Origin: Nemertoderma westbladi
Lineage: Eukaryota; Animalia; Xenacoelomorpha
Assembly (NCBI GenBank): GCA_032718475.1
Contig: JAUCBJ010005047.1
Coordinates: 18,479 to 82,478, forward strand
Reading direction: 5' to 3'
Length of the DNA: 64,000 nucleotides
Below the pieces are notes generated by a model that did not search any database, had not been told where the DNA came from, and worked only from the letters and a program-made list of their open reading frames with translations. Positions 29,201 to 42,209 of the stretch are shown piece after piece. The translations under genes were made by a program, and so were the position numbers. Position 1 is the first letter of the stretch. Every line of letters starts with the position of its first letter.

Positions 29201-30286
29201 GAATAACTAATGGTATTCTGGCTATGTTCTTTGCACTCATTTTGCAAAATGAGACATAGAAGATGACTGCAGGTCTTTATTGCTTCATTTCTGATCTGCT
29301 TGTTTCCATTATTCAAGAATTGATTTGAGCAAACAGATATGAAACAATCCAATTGTTTTGTATCTAATTTAAATCGTTGAAGTGTTTGTAAAGCTAAAAT
29401 GATGCTGTTAACATCTCCTTGCACTTCAGGTATCCCCACATTAGTAGAAGGTTGGCTGGAGTTCTGTTTTGTTCGGTATGCAACGCCTGTCAAAGAAAAA
29501 TGGATGGCGTTCACAAGTTTATGATTGACACTCATCACAAGAGCTCTGTCATGAACTTTTCTTAAACTGAAAAATGTGTGGATTACAGGTGTACTTAATC
29601 CCATAGATAACAATGGATTAAGTATTTCTATAAGTTCTTTTGCAATATGACCCTGCAGTGCCCTCCCCAGTAAGCCAATGCATATAAAAATTGCCGGATC
29701 TACAAAATAAACACCCTTGCCTTTCTTTTTACTCTCCTCTCTTCCAGGCAAGTATGTATATATCGCATCCATTATTAGAGGCTTAAATGAAATAATGTCT
29801 GTCTTGGCAAAGAGTGCAATTATACCAATAGCTCTGAACGCATTTATCTTTTCTTTACCATATCGTACAGAAGTAATCAGGTAATTCATACATTCGTCAA
29901 CATCTTTTGATGATATCAATTGCTCATCATGATATCCAAATGCCACCAATCTTGCTATAACTTGAAACATCACCTCATGTATAATGTTTGATTTATCAGA
30001 TTTGTGGTTCAATACTTTTTTGTAAATAAAAGAAAAATTCTGATGTATTAGATTCTGGCATGTTTTACTGCTGCTCAAGTCATGGTGTGGCAAGTACTGT
30101 TGTTGATCGGATATTTGTGTGTCGGCCTCAAGCCATAAATTATCAATATCTCTTTTTGTGGTTGATAGAAATCCTAATCGAAGCAATTCATTGAGTATCA
30201 ACAGTCCTCCATGTACTTTTTCCTCCTTGACCCCATCTATGCAGGCAGTTGGAACTGTCATTGTATTATGAAATAATTTCTCGTAG
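23269..30286 (-). CDS. MTOR: mTOR coding exon 2 (7018 nt): HEAT repeats, FAT, FRB, PIKK kinase, FATC
   Basis: FRB [22 protein letters not shown]...DLTQAWDLYYHVF; kinase FLLKGHEDLRQDER, GDRHPSN, HIDFGDCFE; FATC ending ENLCQSYIGWCPFW*. Acceptor TTTTTTTTGCAG|C at 30287/30286 is in frame with the ORF. Confidence 0.98.
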
Positions 30287-30754
30287 CTGCAAAAAAAACA
30301 TTCTTATTTTAAATAACACAATGTTAACTGTATATACCTTCTTAGTAATTCTTACAATCGAACGTATTTACGTTATGCACGCTACGTCACGCAAAGGAAA
30401 ATAAAAACTTACATATATACAATACAGTATGGTAAATATATATCTATAGGTCTAATCGGTGATCTGATCAGATCAATAGTGGTTCAGTGTCACTCAGGCA
30501 GGAGATGAAATTCTAATACAACTGGACCTAATTCCAAATTCAGCAGTTATCCTTAACAATTGCTTTAACAAACCTAACAAAACCCCAAAACTAAAGGATG
30601 GCTGTATTGTATTGAGCAATTGTCCACCACCCACAATATTTGAATTAAGTAACTATATTACTGTATTTTACCTACTTACAACTTACACTTCCCAAGTTAT
30701 TGCCTCCCCTAGCCTTATGTAGTTAAGGTACCGGTAATACATTAAAACACATAC
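30287..30754 (-). other. Single GT-AG intron of the mTOR CDS (468 bp, phase 2)
   Basis: GTATGT donor, polypyrimidine-GCAG acceptor, reading frame restored. Confidence 0.9.
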
Positions 30755-31395
30755 CATTTTGATACAATTGCACCTTTATATTCTCGTTGAGCCATTAACA
30801 TTAAACACGACCTCAATGCAAAGACAGCACTCTCTCTTACTGCCTGCTTGTAATCGCATATGGCAACACCTATGTTCTCAAAGACATCTCGGATGTGCTG
30901 GTAAAAGAAAGTGGGTGCATTGTCAGCTAATTCTCTGAGAACTAATACAGCTGCATGTCTCCTCCCCTCATTCCTCTCTTCCTGAAGCGATTCCACTGCC
31001 TTCTTGACTTCAAATTCAACGTATTCAGATGTGAATGAACCTCCAGACAAAGCTAATCGTCCCACAACTTTGGCTGCCATTTCCATTACGGACTGATCAT
31101 GGAAAGGTAAAGAATTTCGTAAATAATTTGCATATCGAGAAGTTCTCATTGTGTTTCCTATATCATGACCTATGAGGCTATCTATAGCCAAAATTCCACC
31201 CTTTTTGTCATGTGCATCTGAGCTGGAAACCATTTCAAATATTTGATGATTTAAATCATCCAGAAATGCAATCTGTTCTTCCTTTGGCGCATCACATAAT
31301 TCTGTGATAACGTACATTTTTAAGTTATTGGCAGATTTATTTCTCGCATCTTCATTTCGACTTTTCAAAGCCGATGTAAATGAACTTGCCTTCAT
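30755..31395 (-). CDS. MTOR: mTOR coding exon 1 (641 nt), N-terminal HEAT region
   Basis: LKSRNEDAR...LNHQIFEMVSSSD...KGGILAI...RYANYLRN...RRHAAVLVLRELA matches the mTOR N-terminus. ATG in AACAATG context with an upstream in-frame stop. Phase-2 donor TG|GTATGT joins exon 2 in frame (total 7659 nt, 2552 aa). Confidence 0.95.
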
Positions 31396-31813
31396 TGTTA
31401 ATAGATTATTGAATTAACATTATTGACATTATGATTATTACCGGTACGTCAAGTCAACACCTACCACTACTGCTGATTGATTGATTGATTTTATTTTCCA
31501 AATAACATTAAAAACAAATTAAACACAAGATTTAACACGGTACTGGTAATATTGATTACAATATGTAAGTTAATGATATGTCATGAACAGAAAGTAATTC
31601 CTGGTGATACAAACATTTATTAGAGACAACAGACAATACATAAATAACTACTGTAGGTCATTCATTAGGCGTAAATAAGTTCCTGGTGGTGTGGCGGTGG
31701 GATAAAGTCTAATTAAATTAAATAAGCATACTAAAAAATCTAAAAAAGTTTAAAGACTGCTAAAAAATAATCGTTGTACGCATACCCCTAAAAAATATAT
31801 TGTTACTAAATTA

Positions 31814-32053
31814 CTACTTAGGATCGGCACGCTGCATTGCAGCTACATTTTTAAGAATGCTGTGCCGGCTTGTCGACAAAATTGCGCTGCCACAACTACC
31901 TATAACCCATGACATTTGCTAGATCATCCGCATCTTTAAGGCCAGTGTCCTTTAAGATGCGTCTCAAGAAAGTCATGGGCTGTCCACCATGCTTATTCAC
32001 TCCATGAGGCTGGCTGGTCCTCATGGCGAAAGCATTGTCCTGCAACTAAATCC
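31814..32053 (-). mobile_element. RTE-like LINE 3' fragment with (TAG)n tail and 13-bp TSD
   Basis: Homologous to 53680-53925. TGTTACTAAATTA is duplicated at 31801-31813 and 32054-32066. Confidence 0.88.
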
Positions 32054-32378
32054 TGTTACTAAATTAAAAATTACTGACTCTGAAAATCTGAATATTAAAA
32101 TTAAAGACAGCTGAAAGGTACTGTATTATTGTTACCAAATTAATTACAAATCAAGCTCAAATTAAATTTATACTGTACAGTAGTAGTAGTAGTAGTTGCA
32201 CCAATTGCGTTCATTAAAAAGTTTTACAACCATTCAATATTCGTAGTTTTCATAGCTCTATTAAAGTTACTGTATTAAAATATTATTATTAACTCTAAAA
32301 TAAAAATATTTTTAAGTATAAAAAAATATTACATTGGCAAAAAATACAGCTGCACCAAGTTTGATTGTTAAAATGGAG

Positions 32379-33460
32379 GGATTATCCTTATGCGGTAAAC
32401 CGCGTTTCCATAAGGGTCCCAACTAATAGTAATTGGTGTATTCTGGCGGTAGTAAGTAAACTTATCGACTGTGACTGAATTAAAAATAAAAATATAAATT
32501 ATACGAAGTAAGGTGTGCTACAGTAGATTAACGTAAAAATAAAATAAAAATATATAAAATTGTTTTTATTAATTAAGTATAAAAAGTGGATGTCTGAGTC
32601 TAAAAAGTCTGAGTTAACAACAAGTTTAGAAAAGCTCGGGCTTTAAATTGAGAGTTTATTTAAAGATGGTGTGTTCGTTTATTAAAAGTTTTATACGATT
32701 TGAGTAAAAAGAAAAATATATATTATTAGTTAATAAATGAATGCCGATATTGAATGGTTGGTTAATTTTTCTAGGTACCGGTAGTATTTCTTAACGTTAT
32801 GTTTGGAAACAATTAAAGAGGTTGAGTCTGTGATGGTGGCTGGGAGTTCATTCCACATCTTTGGACCGAGGAAGCTAAACGTATTCTGGTCGTATAAATG
32901 TATTTCTTTGAGGGACCGAGGCTGGTTCGTTGGTTGATCGCAGACACTAGGTGGACTCGCGGAAGTGTATAAGATCGATTAGGTACTGAGGTGCTTGACC
33001 GTGTTTTACCTTATACATCCAGGAAAGGATAACAGCCTCGAGACGTTGTTGTAGAGGGAGCCAGTTAATGTCCACGTAATGGGCAGACTCGATATGCGCT
33101 CTGGGTCCGAGGCCCAAGCAGAATCGAACGCACTTCTGCTGGAGGGCTTCGAGATGCTGGCGAAGTCTGGCTGAAATAGTGAAAAACCACGTAGAGCTGT
33201 AGAGGCCGCATAGTCGAGATGGGGCTGAATAAGAGAGTTACAAAGCATTATGCGAATGGATCGGACGAGAATCTGGGCGTTTCGATGAAGAAACTTCAGT
33301 CTGGTGTTGCCTCTTTTTAATATTTTAGTTGCCATTTCCTCACCAGTTAATCGTTGATTTATTTATGTTCCCAGGTAGGTGACGCATTTCCGGTTTGGTA
33401 TGCGTTTCTCACAGCAATAAACTTCCAACTCTGATGCAGTAGAAAGTCGTTGGTGAGTCC
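32379..33460 (-). mobile_element. Degenerate L2/Daphne-like LINE 3' part
   Basis: KILKRGNTRLKFLHR...LCNSLIQPHLDYA and FSFLGPKMWNELP-like motifs; 3' stem-loop at 32379-32419; interrupted by unrelated sequence at ~33005-33198. Confidence 0.75.
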
Positions 33461-33812
33461 TGAAACCAACCGGTGCCAATAGCGGTATTGATTTTATTTA
33501 GTTTAGGCTTTAGCCTTTAGGCATACCCACCCACCCAGCCCAGCCCATCCAGTCTAGTCTGCCAGTTTAGTGTAAAATTTATTTCATTGCTGTACGTATT
33601 GAACAACGAAGTTCACACACTTATGCAACAAACAAAGTTTATAAAAGCACTATTTTGGGGGCGTCTATACACTATCTGACTTTATACACACTAGGCTTAC
33701 ACTATCAGACTATATCAGTATAATACAGCTATAGGAATAACAAAACCTAACGAATACCGGTAGGGTAGGTACAGAAATACGTTAGTATACAAATAATTAA
33801 ATAGTTATATTA

Positions 33813-35478
33813 CCGGTGTAACAGAGAATTTTCACTCCCCATGCAAAATCACCCCCGGTTAAAATTCCCTAGTGTATTCTCACTCCCGGGGTGTATTTAC
33901 CAGTGTATTTTAAACCCCTCCAGTGAAAACTCACCCCTGCATTATCAATTTTCTTTTCATTCTCAATTTAGGGAAAGGAGTAGGTTACAGAGGCACATTT
34001 ATTTAACCAACTCATATAACCAGCTCACAATTTAATGACACCTGTATTTGAAAACAGTCGGTTTGCCTACTTTAAATGCTGAAATGTTAAAATTTTCGTG
34101 TTCGCTACGCTCGCATCTTGATCACATCTACATTTAAAAACAGTCAGTTGACGTTGACCTACTACTAATACTACAGCAGTACAGTACTATCTCAGTACCT
34201 ATCTGACTATTACTGTCAGATGTATTTATGTTAACATAATTGTAAAATTTCCTTGCTCACTACGCTCGCATTTTAATGTTAAAATACTGTAGGGCTACAC
34301 AGCTGACACAGCATTATAAACTGATAAATTATTACAATTCAGCAATTACTGCAAAATTTCATAGTCAATTGTTGGCTTGGCGCGCATTGGATATCATCGG
34401 TCCGACGAATCTGTACAAAAAAGTACAAAAAAATACATAATAGTACAATATAGTACAAAAGAGTACAATAAAGTGCAAAAATAGTACAAAAGAGTGCAAA
34501 AATAGTACAAAAGAGTACAATCGACTAAGAAACGCATACAAAACGTGTATACCAGTGTAGTATACACTACACTACACTACACTTGTAGGCCTATACAAAT
34601 ATAATTAATTGTAAGCAAATGCAACGGCACCGAAATATGCGCTGCTACCGGTACAGTGTCAATCACTAGCGGCCTTGGTTCTGTGGTCAGTATGAAATGA
34701 TTGACATAACTTTGATTCATGTAGATTTTGACAGGCATACAAGTAGAAATAGGCTTCCTACAGTTCGTATAATACAATATAATGCAATACATACCATGCA
34801 GTGGGTAGATAAAACTCCTAACTGAGATTCAAAATTTAGGTCATAGTCTTAAAGTAGCCCATATACTGAAGGATAGACTGTATTCTACATTATATGTAGG
34901 CTATGTGTGTACGCCTCTATCTGCAACTTTATTGAGTTCTCCCTCTGCAATTTTGCGGACTTGGGAGCGTTTTTTGAACACAAAAAGCTGCATTAAAACA
35001 CAGCTAGATCAGCCCCCGCTCAATGCATGGCTCGCCCCACAATCAGACAATGCTTTGTTTTATTTTGCACATCATGTGCGCCCCTCTAAACGATTTGAAC
35101 TGCAATTGGATACACGTTTTGCAAGCGTTTCTCACTCGTTTGTACTCTTTTGTACTATTTTTGCACTCTTTTGTACTATTTTCACACTTTATTGTACTCT
35201 TTTGTAGGCCTATTCTTTTTTTGTACTATATTGTACTATTTTGTATTTTTTTGTACAAATTCGTCGGACCCGATAGGTCCCTATCATGGCTGGCGCGATT
35301 TTCGTTTAACCAGAACGCGTGTGGCGCGCTTTTTGTCAGTATTCCATATAGCAGTATAGGGCCCTAGTCAATTCTAACTGCTGAACTGGGGGTGAAGACT
35401 GAAAATACACAATACAGTGAATTTTAACCGGGGGGGGGGGGGGGGGGGGGGGGGTGTGGAAATTCTCTGCTGCACCTG
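33813..35478. mobile_element. Non-autonomous TIR element with TA flanks
   Basis: TA|CCGGTGTAACAGAGAATTT ... AAATTCTCTGCTGCACCTG|TA imperfect TIRs, plus an inner inverted pair CCCCGGTTAAAATTC / GAATTTTAACCGGGG. Confidence 0.6.
34396..35274. mobile_element. Foldback-like element with ~165-bp modular inverted arms
   Basis: ATCGGTCCGACGAATCTGTACAAAAA... (34396-34555) versus ...TTTTTGTACAAATTCGTCGGACCCGAT (35106-35274); arms built from AGTACAAAA-type subrepeats. Confidence 0.75.
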
Positions 35479-35510
35479 TACAACGTATTATCTGATTAGT
35501 GATTATTACT

Positions 35511-35814
35511 CCTATCAGCCTATTGAAAAGTTTTATTTTCAAATATTTTTTGTGCAAAAAGTCTTGCGCCGGCTTGGTGAAAAGCTACCTACGCCAGCAA
35601 TTCAAAAATCGCGCCGAGCGCAGCATCTCTCTGCAGCTCTGCGCCTGCCAGCCACAGCCAGCGCCAACCCTTTCAGAACTTTACCCAGCAGCCCGGTCTG
35701 CAGGTGTAGCATCTAGCATATTTTTTTGCCAGCCAGCCAGCCCGCTCCCGGCAGCCCAGCGCAAGTTGAAATCAGAAGTGCAAACCTTATAAAACTTTTC
35801 AATAGGCAGATAGG
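35511..35814. mobile_element. MITE, ~300 bp, 26-bp TIRs
   Basis: CCTATCAGCCTATTGAAAAGTTTTAT / ATAAAACTTTTCAATAGGCAGATAGG (one mismatch). Confidence 0.75.
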
Positions 35815-36779
35815 GCAGTAGGGATTATTACAACGTATTTCAGTAGGCCTATTATTAAATATGTTGTAGGCCTAATTCGTTGTTATTGTTCATATTTTAC
35901 AGTTTTAATTGCGTAAATTTTAGCTGATTTGACAGTCAGGGAGATCATCAATTTTGGGGTTACCTCAAATTTCGATTTCTGGTAATAGACTGTCGAAAAT
36001 TGGGGTTTTTTGTTCAAATTTGAGGTATTTTTAGGCTCATAATATCGAGTGTTGCTGCGACTTAGGGAAACTGTTGGAGCAACTTCTACTTTTAATATGT
36101 TAAAATATAATGTAAAATAAGAACTTTTATCGATGCAATAAAATATTTCACCGATGCAAACATGCTTTTATTGGGGGCGAAAATTGAAATTTGAGGTTAA
36201 ACCTCAAATTTGAGAAAAAACCTCAAATTTCGCCAGTCTTTACAACATCACCAGCTGCCAGCAGACCAGCCTGCCAGCAGTAGGGTGTAGCAGTAGGCTT
36301 TGCTGCTTAGTGCCTATAGAGCTTGGTGAGAATGGGTGACCAGTGTAACCTGTGACATGACATTACATGTATGCAGGGTAGGCTTAGCTTAACCTTACAG
36401 CACAGCAACTTACAGTCAATAACTTTAATGATTGTTAACTCCATTAGTGATTGGCTGATTGGTGAGAATAATGCAGAAGACTAGAGAAATTCGCTATCCT
36501 TACAGCCTTACTGTTGGTAAGAAGAACAGTAGACCAAATCCTCACTGTTGCGAGATTCAAGCTCACACAGCTGCAGTCACAGACTCAGGAAGGCCTACTA
36601 TATCTTGTAGATGTTGAATCAATTCCAGAATTTGGAAGTTTACATATTCTGGCATTCATCTGTTCTGATCATCATTCACATCACACATCTTCGGAAAACA
36701 AATATGTTTTCTGGTTGTTGATGTTCTCTTTAAAACTTTGTATATATATCAAATGAAGCCATTCCTCTCCTGACAGCCT

Positions 36780-37360
36780 GAAGACTTATGTAATATTCGC
36801 CTGCCCTAGCTCTATCTGTCAATTGGAATACTGTACCATCATTCTTCCACAGTTTGGAGCCCATTTCTAGACAAATGTTGCCGCAAAGGTTGATGTGGTT
36901 CATACAATATATGTGAACTTGATTATTTTGTTAGTTATTCTATACGACTGGAGACTCTAAAGTTGGAACCACTACCTACTGCAGTATGCAATAATACATC
37001 AATTAAAGTTCAATTTGATAATGTGCTTTAAACTTATATGTAAAGATCTAAACCTGATCCTCCATTACAACAATGTGCAACATCCTCACAGACTATTTTA
37101 ATATCCCAGCCAGACACCCAATGCAATCATGACCTGGCCATATATATAAAATTATGAAGCAAAGGCCATGCCCCGCCCATCTGCCCATGTTGCCATGTCT
37201 GCATGTTCCATACATCACCTCTTCTTTATCAGGGTCATTAACATATGGAACATGCTGGACCTGGAACACAGTAGAATCATCATCATCACTAATCGCTTTT
37301 CTTTTAAACAGTCTTTAGACTCTGCTTTCTTATCAAGACATCTGAAATGTTTTAGAAATC
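36780..37360 (+). pseudogene. Highly decayed CR1/L2-type LINE 3' remnant inside the hAT-like element
   Basis: LEYC.. and FF.RVINIWN.L-like motifs in broken frames. Confidence 0.5.
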
Positions 37361-37623
37361 TAAGTGACTGTTTGTTTATACTATGCATACATACATCCTT
37401 TTAAATTGACCTTATCACTGACCAGAATCATTTATAACTTGGGCAAAAAGTATAACCTTTTTCACTACCCTATTCTCGAGGCTTTATCTAACCTCTGGAG
37501 TACACCTTGCAGGCACTAAAGTTGCATTGCAATAGTGTGTAGGAATGGATTTTGCTCAAATTTCGATCAAAAATTTTGATCAACACATTCAATGAAATTG
37601 TAGAAATTCCACCAAAAATATTT

Positions 37624-37885
37624 TGGCACTTGTGTCAAATCAAATACGTGACCCTCCTAATCTGCTAATCCTGAAATCACCAGCTAATCCTGAAATTTAG
37701 TGCAGGTGATATCAATATTCCTAGCACTTGTTTATTGTTTTTTGGTTACTTTCAACTCACCTCTGTAACCTGCTCCTTTGCTAACCCTGTAACCGGGCAC
37801 TAGTGAAAGTAACTTTAGTTTCTAAGGTGATTTCAGGATTAGCAGATTAGGAGCTAGGAGGGTCCCCTATTTGACACAAGTGCCA
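37624..37885. mobile_element. MITE, ~260 bp
   Basis: TGGCACTTGTGTCAAAT / ATTTGACACAAGTGCCA, plus inner inverted CTCCTAATCTGCTAATCCTGAAATCACC / GGTGATTTCAGGATTAGCAGATTAGGAG. Confidence 0.8.
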
Positions 37886-38705
37886 TGTTTTATTTTACTT
37901 TTTTTACCGGGAGAAAAAAGTAAAATCAATGCAAAATTATGGCTCTATGGTACATTATTATGTGGCAATATTATTCAATATAGGTTGCTGTGTTGCCGAC
38001 TTTGCAAAAGTTGTGCCCAACAAAAAGTTACAATATTCAGATATTATGGGGACAACTTTTTCCCTACCAGTAGGGAAAAAAAGTAGGCCTACTACTTTTT
38101 CTCCCGATTTTAGGGCACATTCAAGCAAAAAAGTAACAATATAAAAATATAAGTTCTTTAAGCTCTGTACTTCGTTTTATATGTCTACCATCTGATCATA
38201 CCACCCCACTCAGCCACTGCACCACTACCAGTAGCCTTTTTAAGTATAAGCCTTTTTAAACTAATACTGATACTGAATATGTTTTAAATATTATATTTCA
38301 CAACACTCAGACACTAGGCCTACATCAGTTTATTTTTTTACCTTTGCAATACAGTTGAGTAACAAGCTAACAACTACTGAACTAAGCCAACTATGACTTC
38401 TGTCTGTATCTGACTATGCTGCTATGAAATTCAAATTTGGGGTAAAACTCAAATTTATAGAATTAACCTAACCTTGTATTAAATTTGAGGTATTTCCAAA
38501 ATTGGGTCTATAATTTGAAATTTGAGGTATTCTCAAATTTGATGATCTCCCTGACTGTTTGATGTCTACCGGTAATAAAAAATTATAATTACCAGTACAA
38601 TAAATTCTTCCAACAACTGGCCTAACATACCAGCATACAGACATACCACCGGTACTTGTTTTGAACTGTCTCACTGTCAGACTACTGAGAGGTACCCTAC
38701 CCTAC

Positions 38706-41643
38706 GGGTATATCTTTTGCGTAGAAGTATAGCCTACATAGAGGCTTCATGTAGGTTGTAGGTATGTGTAGCCTACATGTAGATGCACGTGTAGGGCTGT
38801 AGGGTGAATGTAGGTAGGTGTAGTCCCATAGATATTAATGTAATTTATGGGTCAACTTGCAGTAACGTGATACACGGTCGTCAATCAGGATGTATGGCAA
38901 TAATCTCTGATCTCCACGGTACAATACGGTACATCAACATGCAGACCTGTCTGCTATCAGACAACAGGTTTTACTGCATACTGCAGTACTGTATAAATAT
39001 CAAACATCGCGTTCTGATTATACTAAAGTCCCTTACTCGTCATAAATATTATGCCCTAATAAATTTGAGTATGCTAACGCCACGAAAGGCATCGTTCCAT
39101 TAGATTAACTCGTTCTGATTTATATGTTTATTGAGTAAGAGTAACCTAAACAATAACAGCCATCATCGCGGGGATTATAGTCTACCATCGCAGAAACCCT
39201 GACCCCCCTCTGCCCCTCTTTATCTGTTTATCAACCATACATCCATGGGACTTGAACAGTACTTCAGCATTGAAATGTTTTGGACGTTTTGTTTTGAAAG
39301 TAAAAATATAGAAGTCTGGAAGTTTTGTTTGTTTTAATTTTTCAGGCAGTCACATTCCACCAACCAGCAACAGTCCCATCCCTTCCCACTATCCCGCGGA
39401 CCACCACACTCTGACACTGTTTCATTGTAAAGTATTCCCATCTCGATGATGGGAATTAATCAGTAATCCGATGGGATTCAAATCCCATCTCGAAGTAACA
39501 GCAAAACAATAACACGAAAGTCAATAGCTTTACAGTTATATTTGATTGCATTGAAAGTTAATAGAAAGAAAAAGTTAAATTGCATATCCATTAAAATATC
39601 ATGAAATTGATACGGCAGTTTAGTAGATTAAAACGGCCACAGCAAGATTTATAAAATGAAAAATAAGTAAAATCAGCACAGCACACAATATTATCAATAT
39701 AGACATTGAAGACAATTTAATAAACAAATACTATAAAAAAATATCTACTATAACAACCAATACATGATATATATAATATATATACATCAGCGACTACCAT
39801 CGCCACTCTGGTTCAATCAGTCAGTCCGGTATCATTGTTAGCGTTTTGTTGAATTACCCACTCATCCTCAGACCCTCATATGGACACCGACGACAAGCTC
39901 TAACCCTAACCGTTAGTCGATTCCTCCTTGACTGGAAACATCAGGTTCGGGCCGTTCGGCCCATACAAAGTCATTAGCCTCCATGCCTGAACCCGCAGGA
40001 TCATAAGATCTACAGTATGTATCGGTATATCGTTCAGTCGTTTTTTCCTTTGTCAGTACTGTAGTATTGATAGGCTCCGTCTCGTGGGTATTCAGGGGAC
40101 CCCCATTCGACGTATTCGCATCTCCTCCTGGTTGTTTCGGGTACCACGCCAGCCATATGCGCATCTCTTCGTGGTTGTTCCGGGTACCACCCCCGTTCGC
40201 CGCATTCGCATCTCATCGAGGAAGTTCGGGTCCGGGTACCCCGTGTAGGCCTATTCATTCATCATTGTTGTTTTTAAAGACCTACCTACACCTACCTACA
40301 GTCCCTATCTCATTCTGAATATTATTTCTCAAACTGGGTATCATTTCTCAAACCTTTTAGTAATGTTAGTCAACGGAGAATTTCAGTAGGTAAGACTGGG
40401 GTAAGAGTTGAGAATTCAGAAAGATGCAGCCAGCTCAATCTAACTCAAACTAGAGTCTGGCGCCATGGTTTGAGCAAGGTTGACTTCCAACTGTGCCATG
40501 CCATACTCAGCACTACTCTTCCTGTACGGGATGGATAATTACTCTGGTTGAGTGAGGCACCACATGGGGAAGTGGCCTCTTTCTGTTGCTTGGGCTCTTG
40601 AGTTAATGGGTTGAATTACATCATCTGCTGGCTTGGGTGTGTCTCATAAAAGATATGTCAATCACGCAGTTCCTTTCTGGGCTTTACTAAATGTATGTTG
40701 TTAACTAAACCACACTGACTTGGTCTGTTTGTAGAGAAAGTTTTAATCTGGGAATATTGTTGTGGGAAATTGGTGTTCTGTTGTCTGTCTGTTTGATGTC
40801 AATTGGTGCCTTACAAGACATATCAGTTTAAAAATCTAATGGTTAATTAAGAATTATTAGTGCATATGGGACCTCGCAACCCCCCCCCCCCCCCCCCCTC
40901 CCATAAATATGACCCTGTCTATAATTACAGAGGTTTCCTCTGGCCCCTTTGCCCGGTATACCCACACCCGGATGTATTGCGAATAATTGTGTTGACGATG
41001 TAATAGAGAATTAAACATTAGTAAAACATTAAAGTTAAACGTTAGAAACATTTGCGAAATATACGCGACATTAAAATAAATTTATAAAATTGGTTGGTTA
41101 TATTATATGGTTATATTTTAATGTGAAATAACGTTAATATGTTATGAGTCATACATACTTAATAAATGTAATAAAAAATTAATAAATCTTCAGTTTAATA
41201 ATTTAGCATATAATTTTTTTATTCTGAAATTTAAAAATAAATTGAGTCACTGAGTCTGCAACTTAATTCTCACTGTCTACTGGAGTTAATTACACACAAA
41301 CAAATCAAGTTTAGGGCATGTTATAACAGCAGGAGACCATCAAACCCGTAGGCAGAGTATAACAGAAGCGAGTGGGCCATTAAACACAGACAGCTTGTTG
41401 TATGAACGCTACACAGTACACAGTGCACAGTGGGTGGTTACGCGAGTTTGAGTTGGGTTTGAGTAAACCAGACAGGTTTGAGTTAGTAAGAGTGAGGTAA
41501 GAGAAAAGGTACCCAGTTTGAGAAACGGCAGCTAGAATGAGATAGGGACTGTACATTCACCCTACACGTGCATCTACATGTAGGCTACACATACCTACAT
41601 GTAGCCTCTATGTAGGCTATACCTCTACGCAAAAGATATACCC
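38706..41643. mobile_element. Non-autonomous Mutator-like element (long TIRs, 9-bp TSD)
   Basis: TIRs GGGTATATCTTTTGCGTAGA... / ...TCTACGCAAAAGATATACCC (~120 bp). CTACCCTAC lies at 38697-38705 and 41644-41652. Confidence 0.8.
40299..41551. mobile_element. Non-autonomous Tc1/mariner-like element inserted in the right TIR of the MULE
   Basis: TA|CAGTCCCTATCTCATTCT ... AGAATGAGATAGGGACTG|TA; removing it restores the MULE arm CCTACACCTACCTACATTCACC. Confidence 0.8.
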
Positions 41644-41894
41644 CTACCCTACCCAGGCAGCCAGGGTACTGGCAGACCGGATTCTGACATAACTGCAATA
41701 CCGGTATCGTCAGACCGTTTACTACTTCAATCATTAATAGTGGGGATTTCGGTTTTCTTATTATTTTTCTTAAGGAATCGAATCCTCGTTCGATATATTT
41801 CAGTTTCCCCAAATATATGAACACATATAACAACTTAAAATCTATATTTAATATATTTGATTATTGTATAAAGAGCAACTATCGGAATGTAGGA

Positions 41895-42200
41895 AATTAT
41901 ATTATATTATTTGGTGTCCGGAGACAACACAGTCATAAAAGCGAAAATAAGTACAGATGTAAACAAGCATAAAATAATACAATTTACAGTTATAACGTGC
42001 TCATCCCCAGCGACTTATGCTATGGCTAAAAATTGCAATTTAAAATATAGAAACACAAATAAGTAATGCTACATATTATACATATACATACGTACAAATC
42101 ACATTATAAAACTATTCGGTTATATCTCATAAAACGCAAAATCACATAAAACGGTTATATTTAAGATGGGAATTAAAATCAATGGTTAAAATATTTGTTT
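41895..42200 (-). mobile_element. CR1-like LINE 3' UTR remnant
   Basis: Shares GGAGACA...GTCATA.AAGCG and CGACTTAT.CTATGGC blocks and an AT-rich tail with 46730-46850. Confidence 0.55.
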
Positions 42201-42209
42201 TAAAAGTTT

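Larger units (their letters stand above)
35933..38557. mobile_element. Non-autonomous hAT-like element with 5-bp TSD (hAT5-type)
   Basis: Perfect 19-bp TIR CAGTCAGGGAGATCATCAA; TTTGA on both flanks; multiple subterminal ACCTCAAATTT/AAATTTGAGGT repeats at both ends. Confidence 0.8.

Noticed and set aside
23783-29206. Short plus-strand ORFs overlapping mTOR
   Set aside because: Antisense shadows of the long coding exon, with no recognisable motifs.
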